Assembly (NCBI GenBank): GCA_020029625.1
Contig: JAIBJP010000013.1
Span: 1 to 39,406, forward strand
Direction of reading: 5' to 3'
DNA: 39,406 nt
Source: Actinomycetota bacterium
GTDB taxonomy: Bacteria > Actinomycetota > Thermoleophilia > Gaiellales > Gaiellaceae
Below the pieces are notes generated by a model that was not told the origin of the DNA, did not search any database, and saw only the letters and a program-made list of their open reading frames with translations. Shown piece by piece: positions 1 to 9,958 of the stretch. The position numbers were made by a program, and so were the translations under genes. Position 1 is the stretch's first letter. Each line of letters opens with the position of its first letter.

Positions 1-309
1 ATCGACGCGCTTGGGTCGAGCCCTCTCGGAGCGCTCTTCGCGCTCACGCTCGGCGAGGAGGGCGCGCTTCTCATCGACGACGGGGAAGAGGTCGCCCGGG
101 CCCGCCCGCCCAAGGTCGAGGCCGTGGACGGTACGGCCGCCGGTGATGCGTTCACCGCCTGCCTCGTGGTCTCCCTGCTCGAGGGCCGCGACCGCCAGGA
201 GGCCCTGGAGCGTGCCTGCGCGGCCGGAGCGCTCGCAGCCTCCCGGGAGGGAGCCCAGCCTTCGCTGCCGACGTCCGGCGAGGTGGACGCCATGCTCCGG
301 CGCCAATGA
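1..309 (+). CDS. rbsK: PfkB-family ribokinase, C-terminal fragment (5' end outside window)
   Basis: Frame 1 is open from nt 1. The translation ...VDGTAAGDAFTACLVVSLLEG...AAGALAASREGAQPSLP carries the PfkB/ribokinase C-terminal GAGDxF-type signature. The TGA stop overlaps the next start (ATGA at 306-309). Confidence 0.75.
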   Translation: MDALGSSPLGALFALTLGEEGALLIDDGEEVARARPPKVEAVDGTAAGDAFTACLVVSLLEGRDRQEALERACAAGALAASREGAQPSLPTSGEVDAMLRRQ

Positions 310-1229
310 CCAAGATCATCCTCGACACCGATCCGGGACACGATGACGCGATCGCGCTCCTGCTCGCGTTGGCCTCGCCCGAGCTCGAAGTCCTCGGGGT
401 CACAACGGTCTCGGGCAACCAGACTCTCGAAAAGACGACCGCCAACGCGCTGAAGATCCTGGAGTTCGTCGAGCGGACGGACGTGCCGGTGCACGTCGGC
501 GCTCCGCGGCCGCTCGTCCGCGAGCAGTGGGCCGCCGCCTACGTCCACGGCGAATCAGGCCTCGACGGTCCCGACCTGCCGGACCCGAAGACGGACCCGA
601 GGAAGGGCCACGCGATCGACTTCATCGCCGCGCAGGTCGAGGAGCACGACGGCCTTGTCCTCGTTCCCGTGGGGCCGCTGACGAACATCGGGCTCCTGCT
701 CGCCAAGTACCCGGGGATCGAGAGCCGGATCGCACGGATCGTCCTGATGGGCGGGTCGATCGCCGAAGGGAACGTCACGCCCGCCGCCGAGTTCAACATC
801 TGGGCCGATCCAGAAGCGGCGCACCGCGTTTTCACGAGCGGGATCGACGTGACCATGGTCGGCCTCGACGTGACTCACAAGGCGCTGCTGCTGACGGACA
901 AGGTCGACGAGCTGCGCGCCGCCGGACGCGTGGGATCGCTCGTCGCCCAGCTGTACGACTTCTACCACGAGCGCCACGTGCGGATGTACGGCTGGGAGGG
1001 GTCGCCCGTCCACGACGCGCTTGCGGTCGCGCACGTGATCCGCGGCGATTTCGTGGAGACCGAGCATCGTCACGTGCAGGTCGACATCGGCCCCGAGCCG
1101 GGTCGCGGGCGAACCTACGTCGATCTCTGGAAGCGGACCGGCAACGAGCCGAACGCGCACGTCGGGGTGGGCGTGAACGGCCCGGGCTTCACCCAGTTCC
1201 TAGTCCAGCGACTCGCGTCGCTCGGCTGA
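306..1229 (+). CDS. Inosine/uridine-preferring nucleoside hydrolase (IUNH family)
   Basis: N-terminal ILDTDPGHDDAIALLLA matches the DxDxxxDD fingerprint of IUNH nucleoside hydrolases. The 307-aa length is typical. It is translationally coupled to the ribokinase. Confidence 0.9.
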   Translation: MTKIILDTDPGHDDAIALLLALASPELEVLGVTTVSGNQTLEKTTANALKILEFVERTDVPVHVGAPRPLVREQWAAAYVHGESGLDGPDLPDPKTDPRKGHAIDFIAAQVEEHDGLVLVPVGPLTNIGLLLAKYPGIESRIARIVLMGGSIAEGNVTPAAEFNIWADPEAAHRVFTSGIDVTMVGLDVTHKALLLTDKVDELRAAGRVGSLVAQLYDFYHERHVRMYGWEGSPVHDALAVAHVIRGDFVETEHRHVQVDIGPEPGRGRTYVDLWKRTGNEPNAHVGVGVNGPGFTQFLVQRLASLG

Positions 1230-2211
1230 CGCCCTCCCAGACCAGGTCCTGGGCCGGCACAGGCAGACGGATGATCCGCCCGGGCTCGCTGTTTCGCGGC
1301 GTGCCGATGAGGTAGACGCTGGCGTTCGTGACGTACACGAGCCACTGCTCGTCCGGGGAGAACGCCACCGCTCTGCCATCCGGGAGGTTCTGTGGCGGAT
1401 CTCTCGACCCGCCGTCGCGACTCACGATCGTTCCGTCCTCGGAAGCGGCGTAGGAGCCTGCTGCACTCACAGTCCAGTTCCCGAGCCCTCGTCCGCGGTT
1501 GGTCGCGACACCCACGACCGCCTTGCCGTCGAAGAGGACAGCCAGGTTCTGCGGCTCGACGCTCTGGACGCGGATCTCGAGCGTCGCGACGAGACGGTCC
1601 TCGTCCAGCCAGGCGAGGTCGGTCGCGTGGGCGAAGATCGGAACGCCCGCTCCGACCCGAGCGACATTCGGGTGAAGCCGGGCGGCACGACGCAGCTCGC
1701 GGGCGGTGAAGAGCGGGCGGCCGTCCTGGAAGATCGCTCCTCCACGCGGATAGGTGAGCCGGCCGTCCGGCCGCCACGCGGGCGGGCAGCCCGCGACGCT
1801 TCTGCGTTCGACCTCGCCCTTCGCGGCACGGACAGTGATCCTCCCCGCGCGACAGCGGGCGATTGACGATCGATCGGGGCTCATGACCTCGCCTTCCTCG
1901 AGGATCCGTCCCCCGGCGGCGGCGAACCGGCAGTAGATGACCGCTGAGCCGCCCTCCTCCCGCACCACGCTGTCCTCCATTCCGGGCAGCAGGAGCGAAT
2001 GCAGGCGGCAGTCGTGGTCGCTATAGACCACGAAGCCGATGATTTCCTCCCGACGCAGGAGCTCATGGAGCGTGGGTGGCTCCGGCCTCGTGATCGTCGC
2101 CGTCGGAGCCGGAGCCTTGGCCTCGTCTCGTCCGCGCAGCGCATCTGCGGCCGCGAAAACGGCCAGTGCCGCGACCCCCACGACGATGAGCGCTGTGCTC
2201 CAACGGCGCAT
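1189..2211 (-). CDS. Hypothetical membrane-anchored protein, possibly with PD40/TolB-like beta-propeller repeats
   Basis: ORF 1189..2331(-). The internal ATG at 2211 is preferred because MRRWSTALIVVGVAALAVFAA looks like a signal anchor. This start also leaves a 55-nt divergent spacer to ftsK. AFSPDEQWLVYV resembles a PD40 repeat. There is a 41-nt convergent overlap with the hydrolase gene. Confidence 0.55.
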   Translation of the reverse strand: MRRWSTALIVVGVAALAVFAAADALRGRDEAKAPAPTATITRPEPPTLHELLRREEIIGFVVYSDHDCRLHSLLLPGMEDSVVREEGGSAVIYCRFAAAGGRILEEGEVMSPDRSSIARCRAGRITVRAAKGEVERRSVAGCPPAWRPDGRLTYPRGGAIFQDGRPLFTARELRRAARLHPNVARVGAGVPIFAHATDLAWLDEDRLVATLEIRVQSVEPQNLAVLFDGKAVVGVATNRGRGLGNWTVSAAGSYAASEDGTIVSRDGGSRDPPQNLPDGRAVAFSPDEQWLVYVTNASVYLIGTPRNSEPGRIIRLPVPAQDLVWEGVSRATRVAGLGTG

Positions 2212-2266
2212 CGCTTTGCTCACCATACGAAGCAGGAGGGACGGGGGTTCCGCCGAAAGCCCTCCC

Positions 2267-4447
2267 ATGGCGCCACGGAAGCGTCCCAAGCACTTGCGCC
2301 CGAAGTCTCCTGCACGCGTGCGCAAGCGCAAGCATGCCCGGCGCCGGAGCTCTCAGCACCAGCACCACGAGCTCGTCGGTCTCGCGCTCGTGTTCGTCGG
2401 CGCCTTCCTCGCGATCCCGCTCTGGCTGGGGTGGGACGGAGGGATCGTGGGGGCGAAGATCGTCTCGGGCCTCGACGGCCTCGTCGGCTCCGCGCGCCTT
2501 GGCGTCCCGCTCCTCCTGCTCGTCGTAGGGGGCCTGCTGGTCGCGCGGTCTTCGCTCGTAGACGTACGCCCGTTTCGCACCGGCCTTGTCGTCCTCGTCC
2601 TCGGCCTCATGACAATCCTCGGCGAGAAGCGCGGAGGAGCCTCGGGGGAGGCGCTCCAGCTCATCTTCGGCCGCCTGCTCGGGGAAACCGGCACGGCCGC
2701 CCTGGGGCTGTTCGCGCTCGTCGCGGGGGGCCTCCTCCTCACTGGCGCGTCGCTGGGGGCGATTCTCCGGCGCTCGGCCCATGCAGCCCGGCATGCGGCA
2801 GGGAGGACTGTCGAGTGGGTGCGAGTCCCCCTCGAGGACGAGCCGCCCACGCAGCCGGACGCACCCCCAGTGGACGGGGAGCTCGTCTATCCGGACATCG
2901 TCAGCGAGACTCCAGCGCCCCCGCCCGTCCTCGTCCACCAGCTCGCGGAGCTGGACGAGCCGGCCCCGCCCGAGCCGAGTCTGTTCGACCCGGCCTCGAC
3001 CGAGCACGCCGGCTATCGCCTTCCGGACGCCAGTGTCCTGCGGCGCTCCCGCACAGATCGCAACGGTCAGCCCGAGAAGGCCATCGAGCGAACGGCCCAG
3101 GCGCTCGTCCAGGCGCTCTCCAACTTCGGCATCGAGGCGACGATGGCGGGCCAGGTCGTAGGCCCGCGCGTCACGCGCTACGAGCTCCAGCTTGCCCCTG
3201 GGACCAAGGTAGGCAAGGTGGCAGCGCTGAAGGACGATCTCGCCTACGCGCTCGCGACGACGGAGATCCGCATCCTGGCTCCCATCCCGGGAAAGCAGGC
3301 CGTGGGAGTCGAGGTTCCCAACATCGCGCCCAACGTCGTCACGCTCGGCGACATCTACGAGGAGCTTCCCGCGCAGGCCAGCCCGCTCTCCGCCTGGCTC
3401 GGAAAGGACATTTCGGGTGCCTCGGTCTGGGCCGATCTCGCCCGTATGCCGCACATCCTCATCGCCGGCACGACCGGCTCGGGCAAGTCCGGCTGCATCA
3501 ACACGATGCTGTGCTCCATCCTGCTCCGCTCCACGCCTGACGACGTGCGCATGATCCTCGTCGATCCCAAGCGCGTCGAGCTCGGGCTCTACGAGTCCAT
3601 CCCGCATCTCCTGACGCCGGTCGTGTCCAGCCCGAAGGCGGCCTCTGCCGTCCTGACCAACGTCTTGACGGAGATGGAAAAGCGCTACGAGCGCATGAGC
3701 ATTGCGCGGGCCCGCAACCTCGGCGAGCTCAACCGGGTGCTCACGGAGCGCGGCGAGAAGCCCCTCCCGTATCTCCTCATCGTCATCGACGAGCTCGCGG
3801 ACATGATGATGGTCTCCCCGCAGGAGGTGGAGGACGCCGTCATCCGGCTGGCGCAGAAGTCACGTGCTGTCGGGATCCACCTCGTGCTCGCCACCCAGCG
3901 GCCCTCGGTGGATGTCATCACCGGGATGATCAAGGCGAACGTCCCCTCGCGGATCGCGTTCGCCGTCTCGAGCATGACGGACAGCCGCGTGATTCTCGAC
4001 ACGTCCGGCGCCGAGAGCCTCCTCGGCCAGGGCGACATGCTCTTCAAGCCGCTCGGCACGTCACGGCTGCAGCGCGTGCAGGGCGCGTACGTGAGCGAGG
4101 AGGAAATCGCCCTCATCGTGGAGCAGTGCCGCGCGCAACGCGGACAGGAGCTCGACGAGTCGTTGCTCGAGGCGCCGAACGTCAAGGAGCACGAGGGGGA
4201 GGAGGAGGACTTCGATCCGGACGAGGATCCACTCCTCGAGCGCGCCATCGAGGTCGTCGTGCAGACGCAGACCGCTTCGGTCTCGCTCATTCAGCGGCGC
4301 CTGCGCGTCGGCTACACGCGAGCCGGCCGCCTCATCGACATGCTCGAGCGCCGCGGCATCATCTCGGGCTACGAGGGCTCCAAGCCGCGCAAGGTGCTCG
4401 TGGGGGAAGGCGACCTCGCCCGCGTGCTCACGGACGTTCCCTCCTAA
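2267..4447 (+). CDS. ftsK: DNA translocase FtsK/SpoIIIE
   Basis: ATG at 2267 gives a basic N-terminus, then TM helices and a Pro-rich linker. The motor has Walker A GTTGSGKS and Walker B LLIVIDELAD. A C-terminal gamma wHTH is present (SVSLIQRRLRVGYTRAGRLIDMLE). The upstream part of ORF 2039.. is antisense to the neighbouring gene. Confidence 0.92.
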   Translation: MAPRKRPKHLRPKSPARVRKRKHARRRSSQHQHHELVGLALVFVGAFLAIPLWLGWDGGIVGAKIVSGLDGLVGSARLGVPLLLLVVGGLLVARSSLVDVRPFRTGLVVLVLGLMTILGEKRGGASGEALQLIFGRLLGETGTAALGLFALVAGGLLLTGASLGAILRRSAHAARHAAGRTVEWVRVPLEDEPPTQPDAPPVDGELVYPDIVSETPAPPPVLVHQLAELDEPAPPEPSLFDPASTEHAGYRLPDASVLRRSRTDRNGQPEKAIERTAQALVQALSNFGIEATMAGQVVGPRVTRYELQLAPGTKVGKVAALKDDLAYALATTEIRILAPIPGKQAVGVEVPNIAPNVVTLGDIYEELPAQASPLSAWLGKDISGASVWADLARMPHILIAGTTGSGKSGCINTMLCSILLRSTPDDVRMILVDPKRVELGLYESIPHLLTPVVSSPKAASAVLTNVLTEMEKRYERMSIARARNLGELNRVLTERGEKPLPYLLIVIDELADMMMVSPQEVEDAVIRLAQKSRAVGIHLVLATQRPSVDVITGMIKANVPSRIAFAVSSMTDSRVILDTSGAESLLGQGDMLFKPLGTSRLQRVQGAYVSEEEIALIVEQCRAQRGQELDESLLEAPNVKEHEGEEEDFDPDEDPLLERAIEVVVQTQTASVSLIQRRLRVGYTRAGRLIDMLERRGIISGYEGSKPRKVLVGEGDLARVLTDVPS

Positions 4448-4541
4448 CGAACTCTCTGCGGCCCCGTCCTAGATTTCGGGTCCCAGGAAGGGTTAGCATC
4501 CTGCGACCCCAAGGCTGGGATAGGGCAACAAGGGAGGTTCC

Positions 4542-5621
4542 GTGAACGTGAAGCATAAATGGCCGTGGCTCGTGGCCCTTCTTGCAATGCTGCTGGCGGT
4601 CGCTGCTGCCGGGTGCGGCGGCGACGAGGCGGGTACGGGCACGACGGGAGCCGGGACCGGGGCGGGAACGACCGGCGCCGAGGCAATCTCGATCGGCATG
4701 GTCTCCGACACCGGCGGCCTCGATGACCGCGGTTTCAACGAGTTTTCGATCAACGGCTTCGAGCGCGCAAAAACGGAGCTCGGCGTCACAGGCCGCGTCT
4801 ATGTGTCGGAGTCGGCGGACGATTATCTGCCGAACCTGACGGCGGCCGTGGACGACGGGCACGACCTGGTCATCGCCATCGGTTTCCTGATCCAACCGTC
4901 CGTGGCCGAGGTGGCGAAGGAGGCGACGGACGTCAACTTCGCGGGGGTCGATCAGTTCTACGGCGACCCGCCCGAATGCGGCGGCGAGAACCAGGCTGTC
5001 TGCACGGTGCCGAACGTGCTCGGCCTGCAGTTCCCCTCCGAGGAGGCCGGCTATCTCGCCGGAATCGTGGCGGCGATGATGACCAAGACCAAGACCGTGT
5101 CCACAGTGGGCGGCATCAGCATCCCGCCGGTGAACAACTGGATCGCCGGTTTCCGGCAGGCGGTCAAGGACACCGATCCGAGCATCAAGCTCCTGAACGC
5201 CTACTCGCAGGACTTCGTCGACCAGGCGAAGTGCAAGGAGATCGCGCTCGACCAGATCGCCCAGGGCTCCGACGTGGTGTTCCAGGTCGCGGGCCTCTGC
5301 GGCCTCGGCGCGCTCGATGCCGCGGGAGAGAAAGGCGTCTACGCCATCGGCGTCGACGCCGACCAGTCCTTCGCCGGGCCTCAGGTGATCACCAGTGCGC
5401 TCAAGCCTCTGGAGCTCGCGGTCTTCGAGACGATCAAGTCGGCGCAGGACGGGACCTTCAAGGGCGGAACGAACCGCTTCTTCGGAATCGAGGAGTTTCC
5501 CGATGCCGAGCTGCTCGCTCCGTTCACCGACGTCGTTCCCCAAGAAGTCAAGGACGCCGTCGAAGCGGCGAAGGCCAAGCTGATCAGCGGCGAGATCGAC
5601 CCGCCGGCGACGTTCAAGTAG
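4542..5621 (+). CDS. BMP-family (PnrA/Med-like) ABC transporter substrate-binding lipoprotein
   Basis: GTG start is preceded by AAGGGAGG. The signal peptide has a lipobox (LAVAAAGC|GG). The body resembles the BMP/purine-nucleoside receptor family (DTGGLDDRGFN, GFLIQP). It is followed by a matching ATPase and two permeases. Confidence 0.88.
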   Translation: MNVKHKWPWLVALLAMLLAVAAAGCGGDEAGTGTTGAGTGAGTTGAEAISIGMVSDTGGLDDRGFNEFSINGFERAKTELGVTGRVYVSESADDYLPNLTAAVDDGHDLVIAIGFLIQPSVAEVAKEATDVNFAGVDQFYGDPPECGGENQAVCTVPNVLGLQFPSEEAGYLAGIVAAMMTKTKTVSTVGGISIPPVNNWIAGFRQAVKDTDPSIKLLNAYSQDFVDQAKCKEIALDQIAQGSDVVFQVAGLCGLGALDAAGEKGVYAIGVDADQSFAGPQVITSALKPLELAVFETIKSAQDGTFKGGTNRFFGIEEFPDAELLAPFTDVVPQEVKDAVEAAKAKLISGEIDPPATFK

Positions 5622-5633
5622 GCAGCCATCCGG

Positions 5634-5658
5634 AGGGGCGGGCGCAGGGCCCGCCCCT
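5634..5658 (+). terminator. Intercistronic GC-rich hairpin after the binding-protein gene (partial terminator or mRNA stabiliser)
   Basis: AGGGGCGGGC-gcagg-GCCCGCCCCT is a perfect 10-bp stem lying 13 nt after the stop. There is no clear U-tract. Its position between the SBP and ATPase genes is typical of differential-expression hairpins. Confidence 0.5.
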
Positions 5659-5673
5659 CTAGGCTTCGAGCCG

Positions 5674-7194
5674 ATGCCCGATACGCCACTGCTCGAGCTC
5701 CGAGGCATCACCAAGCGATTCCCTGGGGTGCTCGCCAACGACCACGTCGATCTCGAGCTCGTCAAAGGCGAGGTGCATGCGCTCCTGGGGGAGAACGGGG
5801 CCGGCAAGTCGACCCTGATGAACATCCTCTACGGGCTCTACCACCCGGACGAGGGTGAGATCCGGCTGAACGGGAAGCCCGTACGGATCGGCTCGCCCCG
5901 GGACGCGATCGATCTCGGGATCGGCATGGTGCACCAGCACTTCATGCTCATCCCGGTGATGACGGTGGCAGAGAACATCGTGCTCGCCGTCGAGCCGACC
6001 TCGGGGCCCTTCCTCGACCTCCACGCGGCCGAGAAGCGTGTCCAGGAGCTGTCGACGCAGTTCGGCCTAGCTGTGCGCCCGGACGCCCGGGTCGCCTCCA
6101 TCAGCGTCGGGATGCAGCAGCGGGCCGAGATCCTGAAGGCGCTCTATCGCGGCGCCGAGATCCTCATCCTCGATGAGCCGACCGCTGTCCTGACGCCCCA
6201 GGAAGCGAAGGAGCTCTTCGCGATCATCCGGTCCCTCCAGGCCGAGGGGAAGTCGATCATCTTCATCACCCACAAGCTGAACGAGGTGCTCGACATCGCC
6301 GACCGCATCACGGTCCTGAGGCAGGGCAAGCAGGTCGACACGGTGCCGCGCGAGGGGGCGACGCCGGAAGGACTCGCGCGCCTCATGGTCGGCCGCGACG
6401 TGGTGCTCCGCGTCGAAAAGCCAGAAGCCCAGCCGGGCGACGTGCTGCTCGACGTCGATAACCTCGAAGTCCGGGACGAGCGAGACCTGGAGGCCGTGCG
6501 GGGCGTCTCCTTCGACGTCAAGGCGGGCGAGATCGTCGGCATCGCCGGGGTGGACGGAAACGGGCAGACCGAGCTCATCGACGCGCTCACGGGGCTCCGC
6601 CGCCCGTCGGGGGGCAGAATCTCCGTGGGGGGCAAGGACGTCACCACCGCCGGCGCACGGGAGTCCCTTGACCTGGGGGTAGGACATATCCCCGAGGACC
6701 GCCAAGTCCGTGGCCTCGTCCTCGACTTCACGCTGGCCGAGAACCTCGCACTGCACGATTTCAGGAAGAAGCCCGACTCGAGGTGGGGCTGTCTCTTCCC
6801 CAAACGAATCGTCCAGCGCGCCGTGCGGCTGCTGAAGGAGTTCGATGTCCGGGGCGGGGGCCCGCAGACCCGCGCCGCCTCGCTCTCCGGCGGAAACCAG
6901 CAGAAGGTCGTCGTCGCCCGCGAGGTGTCGCGAGATCCCCGCGTGCTCATCGCCGCGCAGCCGACCCGCGGTCTCGACGTGGGGGCGATCGAGTTCGTGC
7001 ACCGCCGCCTCGTCACCGAGCGAGACGAAGGGCGAGCGATCCTCCTCGTCTCCTTCGAGCTTGAAGAAATCCTTTCGCTTTCGGATCGCATCCTGGTCCT
7101 CTACGAGGGCAGGATCGTGGGCGAGTACCCGCCGGGCGTGTCCGAGGAAGAGCTGGGGATCGCCATGACCGGGGGGCGCAGGCAGGCGGCATGA
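5674..7194 (+). CDS. ABC transporter ATP-binding protein with two fused NBDs (sugar/nucleoside importer type)
   Basis: Walker A GENGAGKST with signature LSVGMQQR in NBD1. GVDGNGQTE with LSGGNQQK in NBD2. 506 aa. Confidence 0.93.
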   Translation: MPDTPLLELRGITKRFPGVLANDHVDLELVKGEVHALLGENGAGKSTLMNILYGLYHPDEGEIRLNGKPVRIGSPRDAIDLGIGMVHQHFMLIPVMTVAENIVLAVEPTSGPFLDLHAAEKRVQELSTQFGLAVRPDARVASISVGMQQRAEILKALYRGAEILILDEPTAVLTPQEAKELFAIIRSLQAEGKSIIFITHKLNEVLDIADRITVLRQGKQVDTVPREGATPEGLARLMVGRDVVLRVEKPEAQPGDVLLDVDNLEVRDERDLEAVRGVSFDVKAGEIVGIAGVDGNGQTELIDALTGLRRPSGGRISVGGKDVTTAGARESLDLGVGHIPEDRQVRGLVLDFTLAENLALHDFRKKPDSRWGCLFPKRIVQRAVRLLKEFDVRGGGPQTRAASLSGGNQQKVVVAREVSRDPRVLIAAQPTRGLDVGAIEFVHRRLVTERDEGRAILLVSFELEEILSLSDRILVLYEGRIVGEYPPGVSEEELGIAMTGGRRQAA

Positions 7195-8390
7195 CGGCGC
7201 CGATCCAGCCGGAGTCATCCCGCGACGCGACGTCGGACGTGACGGCTTGGTTCTCGACCCGCATCGGCGGCGTCCTCGTACCGCTCGCAGCCACCGTGCT
7301 GGCCTTTCTGATCGGCGGCCTCGTCGTCCTCATCACAGGCCACAACCCCGTCACGGCGTACCGCGCCATCTTCGAGGGAACCGGGCTGAACTGGTTCTTC
7401 CCCTGGGTCGGGGGCGAGTCCCGCGAGGCCGCGGCCAACGACCTTCAGCAGACGCTCATCCTCATGACGCCGCTCGTGCTGACCGGAATCGCGGTGGCCT
7501 TTGCGTTTCGCTGTGGCCTGTTCAACATCGGCGGCCAGGGACAGTACTGGGTCGGCTTCATCGCGGCGCTCTACGTGGGCACCCACCTCGACGGTTTCTC
7601 CCGTCCGGTGCATCTCCTCGTCGCCATCCTCGCCTCGATCGTCGCTGGGTCGATCTGGGGCGGGATAGCGGGCATTCTCAAGGCGACGGTCGGCGCCCAC
7701 GAGGTGATCACGACGATCATGCTCAACTGGATCGCCATCTTCGGGGGGATGTACCTCTTCGAGATAGGCGGTCCTCTTCAGGGCCCGCAGCCGTCGATTC
7801 CGCGCTCTGCTGAGATTCCCGACTCGGTCGAGCTGTGGCCGATCTGGGGGAGCCTGCCGTCGCTCCACGCGGGCATCTTCATCGCTCTCTTCGCCCTGGT
7901 CGTCTACTACGTCCTCCTCAACCGGACGACGCTCGGCTATGAGGTGCGCGCCGTGGGGTTCAACCCGGAGGCCGCTCGCTACGGCGGCATCTCGGTCGCC
8001 AAGAACTACTTCCTCGCACTGGCCATCTCGGGCGCGTTCGCCGGACTCGCGGGCTCGGTCGACGTCCTCGGGTTCAAATTCGCGGTCTCCACCGGCGACT
8101 TCGCGACGAATTTCATCCCCTTCACGGGCATAGCCGTGGCCCTACTCGGCCGCAACAAGCCGGTCGGCATCCTGTTCGCGGCGCTCCTCTTCGCCGCGCT
8201 CGAGGTCGGCACCTCGACGCGGCAGCTGGATCCTGAGGTCTTCGAGCCGGCGCTGGCCGTCGACCTCGCGACGATGATCCAGGCGCTCGTCATCTTCTTC
8301 GTCGGCGCCGATCTCCTCATCCTCTATCTCTGGCGCGCCCGGCGCTTCGTGGGGCTTGGCCGGCGTGTCCAGCCGGAGCCCAGGCCATGA
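7191..8390 (+). CDS. ABC transporter permease
   Basis: Multi-pass hydrophobic protein. ATGA overlap with the ATPase stop. Resembles the BMP/ribose-type permease family. Confidence 0.88.
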   Translation: MTAPIQPESSRDATSDVTAWFSTRIGGVLVPLAATVLAFLIGGLVVLITGHNPVTAYRAIFEGTGLNWFFPWVGGESREAAANDLQQTLILMTPLVLTGIAVAFAFRCGLFNIGGQGQYWVGFIAALYVGTHLDGFSRPVHLLVAILASIVAGSIWGGIAGILKATVGAHEVITTIMLNWIAIFGGMYLFEIGGPLQGPQPSIPRSAEIPDSVELWPIWGSLPSLHAGIFIALFALVVYYVLLNRTTLGYEVRAVGFNPEAARYGGISVAKNYFLALAISGAFAGLAGSVDVLGFKFAVSTGDFATNFIPFTGIAVALLGRNKPVGILFAALLFAALEVGTSTRQLDPEVFEPALAVDLATMIQALVIFFVGADLLILYLWRARRFVGLGRRVQPEPRP

Positions 8391-9607
8391 GCTCGCAGGC
8401 GTGGACGGCGTACGCCACCGAGGGCGTCCGGAAGCTGACCGAGCCTCGTACGATCGCGAAGCTGGGGATTGCCTGGGGCATCCTCGCGTTCTGGCTCGCC
8501 CTGCCCCCGTGGACCGTGCGCGGAATCGGCGCTCCCCTCGCGGCGGGCGTCCTCGCAGTCGCGTGCGGGGCCGCCGTCATTCCCCGCGGCGAGCGGAAGC
8601 TCGGCTGGTGGGCGATCGGCCTCGGCATCGCCGGCACGCTCGGGGCGGCGTGGTTGCAGGGGAAGGACGCCTCGACGCTGGACAGCATCCTCACCGCCGG
8701 AGTCCTGGCCTCGACCCTGCGCTTCGCGACGCCGCTCGCCTTCGCCGCCATGGGCGGGATCTTCTCCGAGCGCTCGGGCGTCGTGAACATCGGGCTCGAA
8801 GGGATGATGCTGACCGGCGCCTTTTTCGGTATCTGGGGCTCTGTCTGGAGCGGGAGCTGGCTCGTCGGCCTCCTGATGGCGATGCTCTTCGGCGGGCTCC
8901 TCGCGCTGATCCACGCCTTCTTCTCGATCCACCTGCGGGCCGACCAGATCGTGAGCGGCTTCGCCGTCAACTTCCTTGCACTCGGCCTCACCGGGTATCT
9001 CTACAGCTCGATCTATCCGGGAGGGATCCACGCGGACGTCTCGCGTGTGCCGCAAGTCGGGCTCGGATTCCTCGACGGGATTCCGGGGATCGGCGATTTC
9101 CTCGACGGCGTCTTCGGACGTCTGAACCTGCTCGTCTGGGTGATGTTCGCAGTGGTCATCCTCGCCTACGTCGTCCTCTTCAAGACGCCGATCGGCCTAC
9201 GCATCCGCTCCGTGGGCGAGCATCCAAGGGCCGCCGACACCGTCGGCATCTCGGTGTACGGCGTGCGGTACGCGGCCGTGGTGACGTCCGGGGTGCTGGC
9301 GGCGCTGGGCGGCGCGTTCCTCTCGATCGGTTTCGTCGGCAGCTTCGCCGAGAACATGACGAGTGGTCGCGGCTACATCGCGCTCGCCGCGGTCATCTTC
9401 GGCAAGTGGCGGCCCGGTTGGGCCTTCGCGGCTTGCCTGCTGTTCGGCTTCGGGTTCGCACTGGCGATCCCGCTGCAACGCGAGGCGGACGTGTCCGAAA
9501 ACCTCGTCTCGGCGTTCCCGTACCTGCTCACCCTCGTCGCGCTCGTGGGCCTCATCGGTCGCTCGATCCCTCCGGCTGCGATCGGGCGGCCGTACGTCAA
9601 GCAATAG
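8387..9607 (+). CDS. ABC transporter permease (second subunit)
   Basis: Multi-pass hydrophobic protein. ATGA overlap with the preceding permease. Confidence 0.88.
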   Translation: MSSQAWTAYATEGVRKLTEPRTIAKLGIAWGILAFWLALPPWTVRGIGAPLAAGVLAVACGAAVIPRGERKLGWWAIGLGIAGTLGAAWLQGKDASTLDSILTAGVLASTLRFATPLAFAAMGGIFSERSGVVNIGLEGMMLTGAFFGIWGSVWSGSWLVGLLMAMLFGGLLALIHAFFSIHLRADQIVSGFAVNFLALGLTGYLYSSIYPGGIHADVSRVPQVGLGFLDGIPGIGDFLDGVFGRLNLLVWVMFAVVILAYVVLFKTPIGLRIRSVGEHPRAADTVGISVYGVRYAAVVTSGVLAALGGAFLSIGFVGSFAENMTSGRGYIALAAVIFGKWRPGWAFAACLLFGFGFALAIPLQREADVSENLVSAFPYLLTLVALVGLIGRSIPPAAIGRPYVKQ

Positions 9608-9609
9608 CG

Positions 9610-9936
9610 ATGGGGAATTCCAAGGCGGCTTGGGCGCTCATCACAGCGCTACTCGCGTTGGCTGTGCTCGTGGGCGCGGCCGCCGCGGCCCGGCTCATGA
9701 GCCAGGTGGGCCTCATTGAGGCCGGTCCGGCGGTGCCGCTCGCGCTCGTGCTCGCGCTGGTCTCCGTCTCGCTGGCGCGGCGGGTGCGCTTCGACCAGCA
9801 GCGGGCCCTCGAGCGCTTGCCGGGGGCGAGGCTCGCGGCCGTCGCGCGCGTTTTCGGGACGCTGGCGCTTATAGTGGCCCTCACGGCCGCGCTTGCACTG
9901 GCCGTATTTGCCGTCCTGTCCCTCGCTCTCGACTGA
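9610..9936 (+). CDS. Small hypothetical membrane protein (108 aa, about 3 TM)
   Basis: ATG at 9610 lies in frame inside the long ORF 8356..9936, 3 nt after the permease stop. MGNSKAAWALITALLALAVLVGAAAA... is strongly hydrophobic. No recognisable family. Confidence 0.45.
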   Translation: MGNSKAAWALITALLALAVLVGAAAAARLMSQVGLIEAGPAVPLALVLALVSVSLARRVRFDQQRALERLPGARLAAVARVFGTLALIVALTAALALAVFAVLSLALD

Positions 9937-9958
9937 GGCTGTCAGTCATGCCGTTACA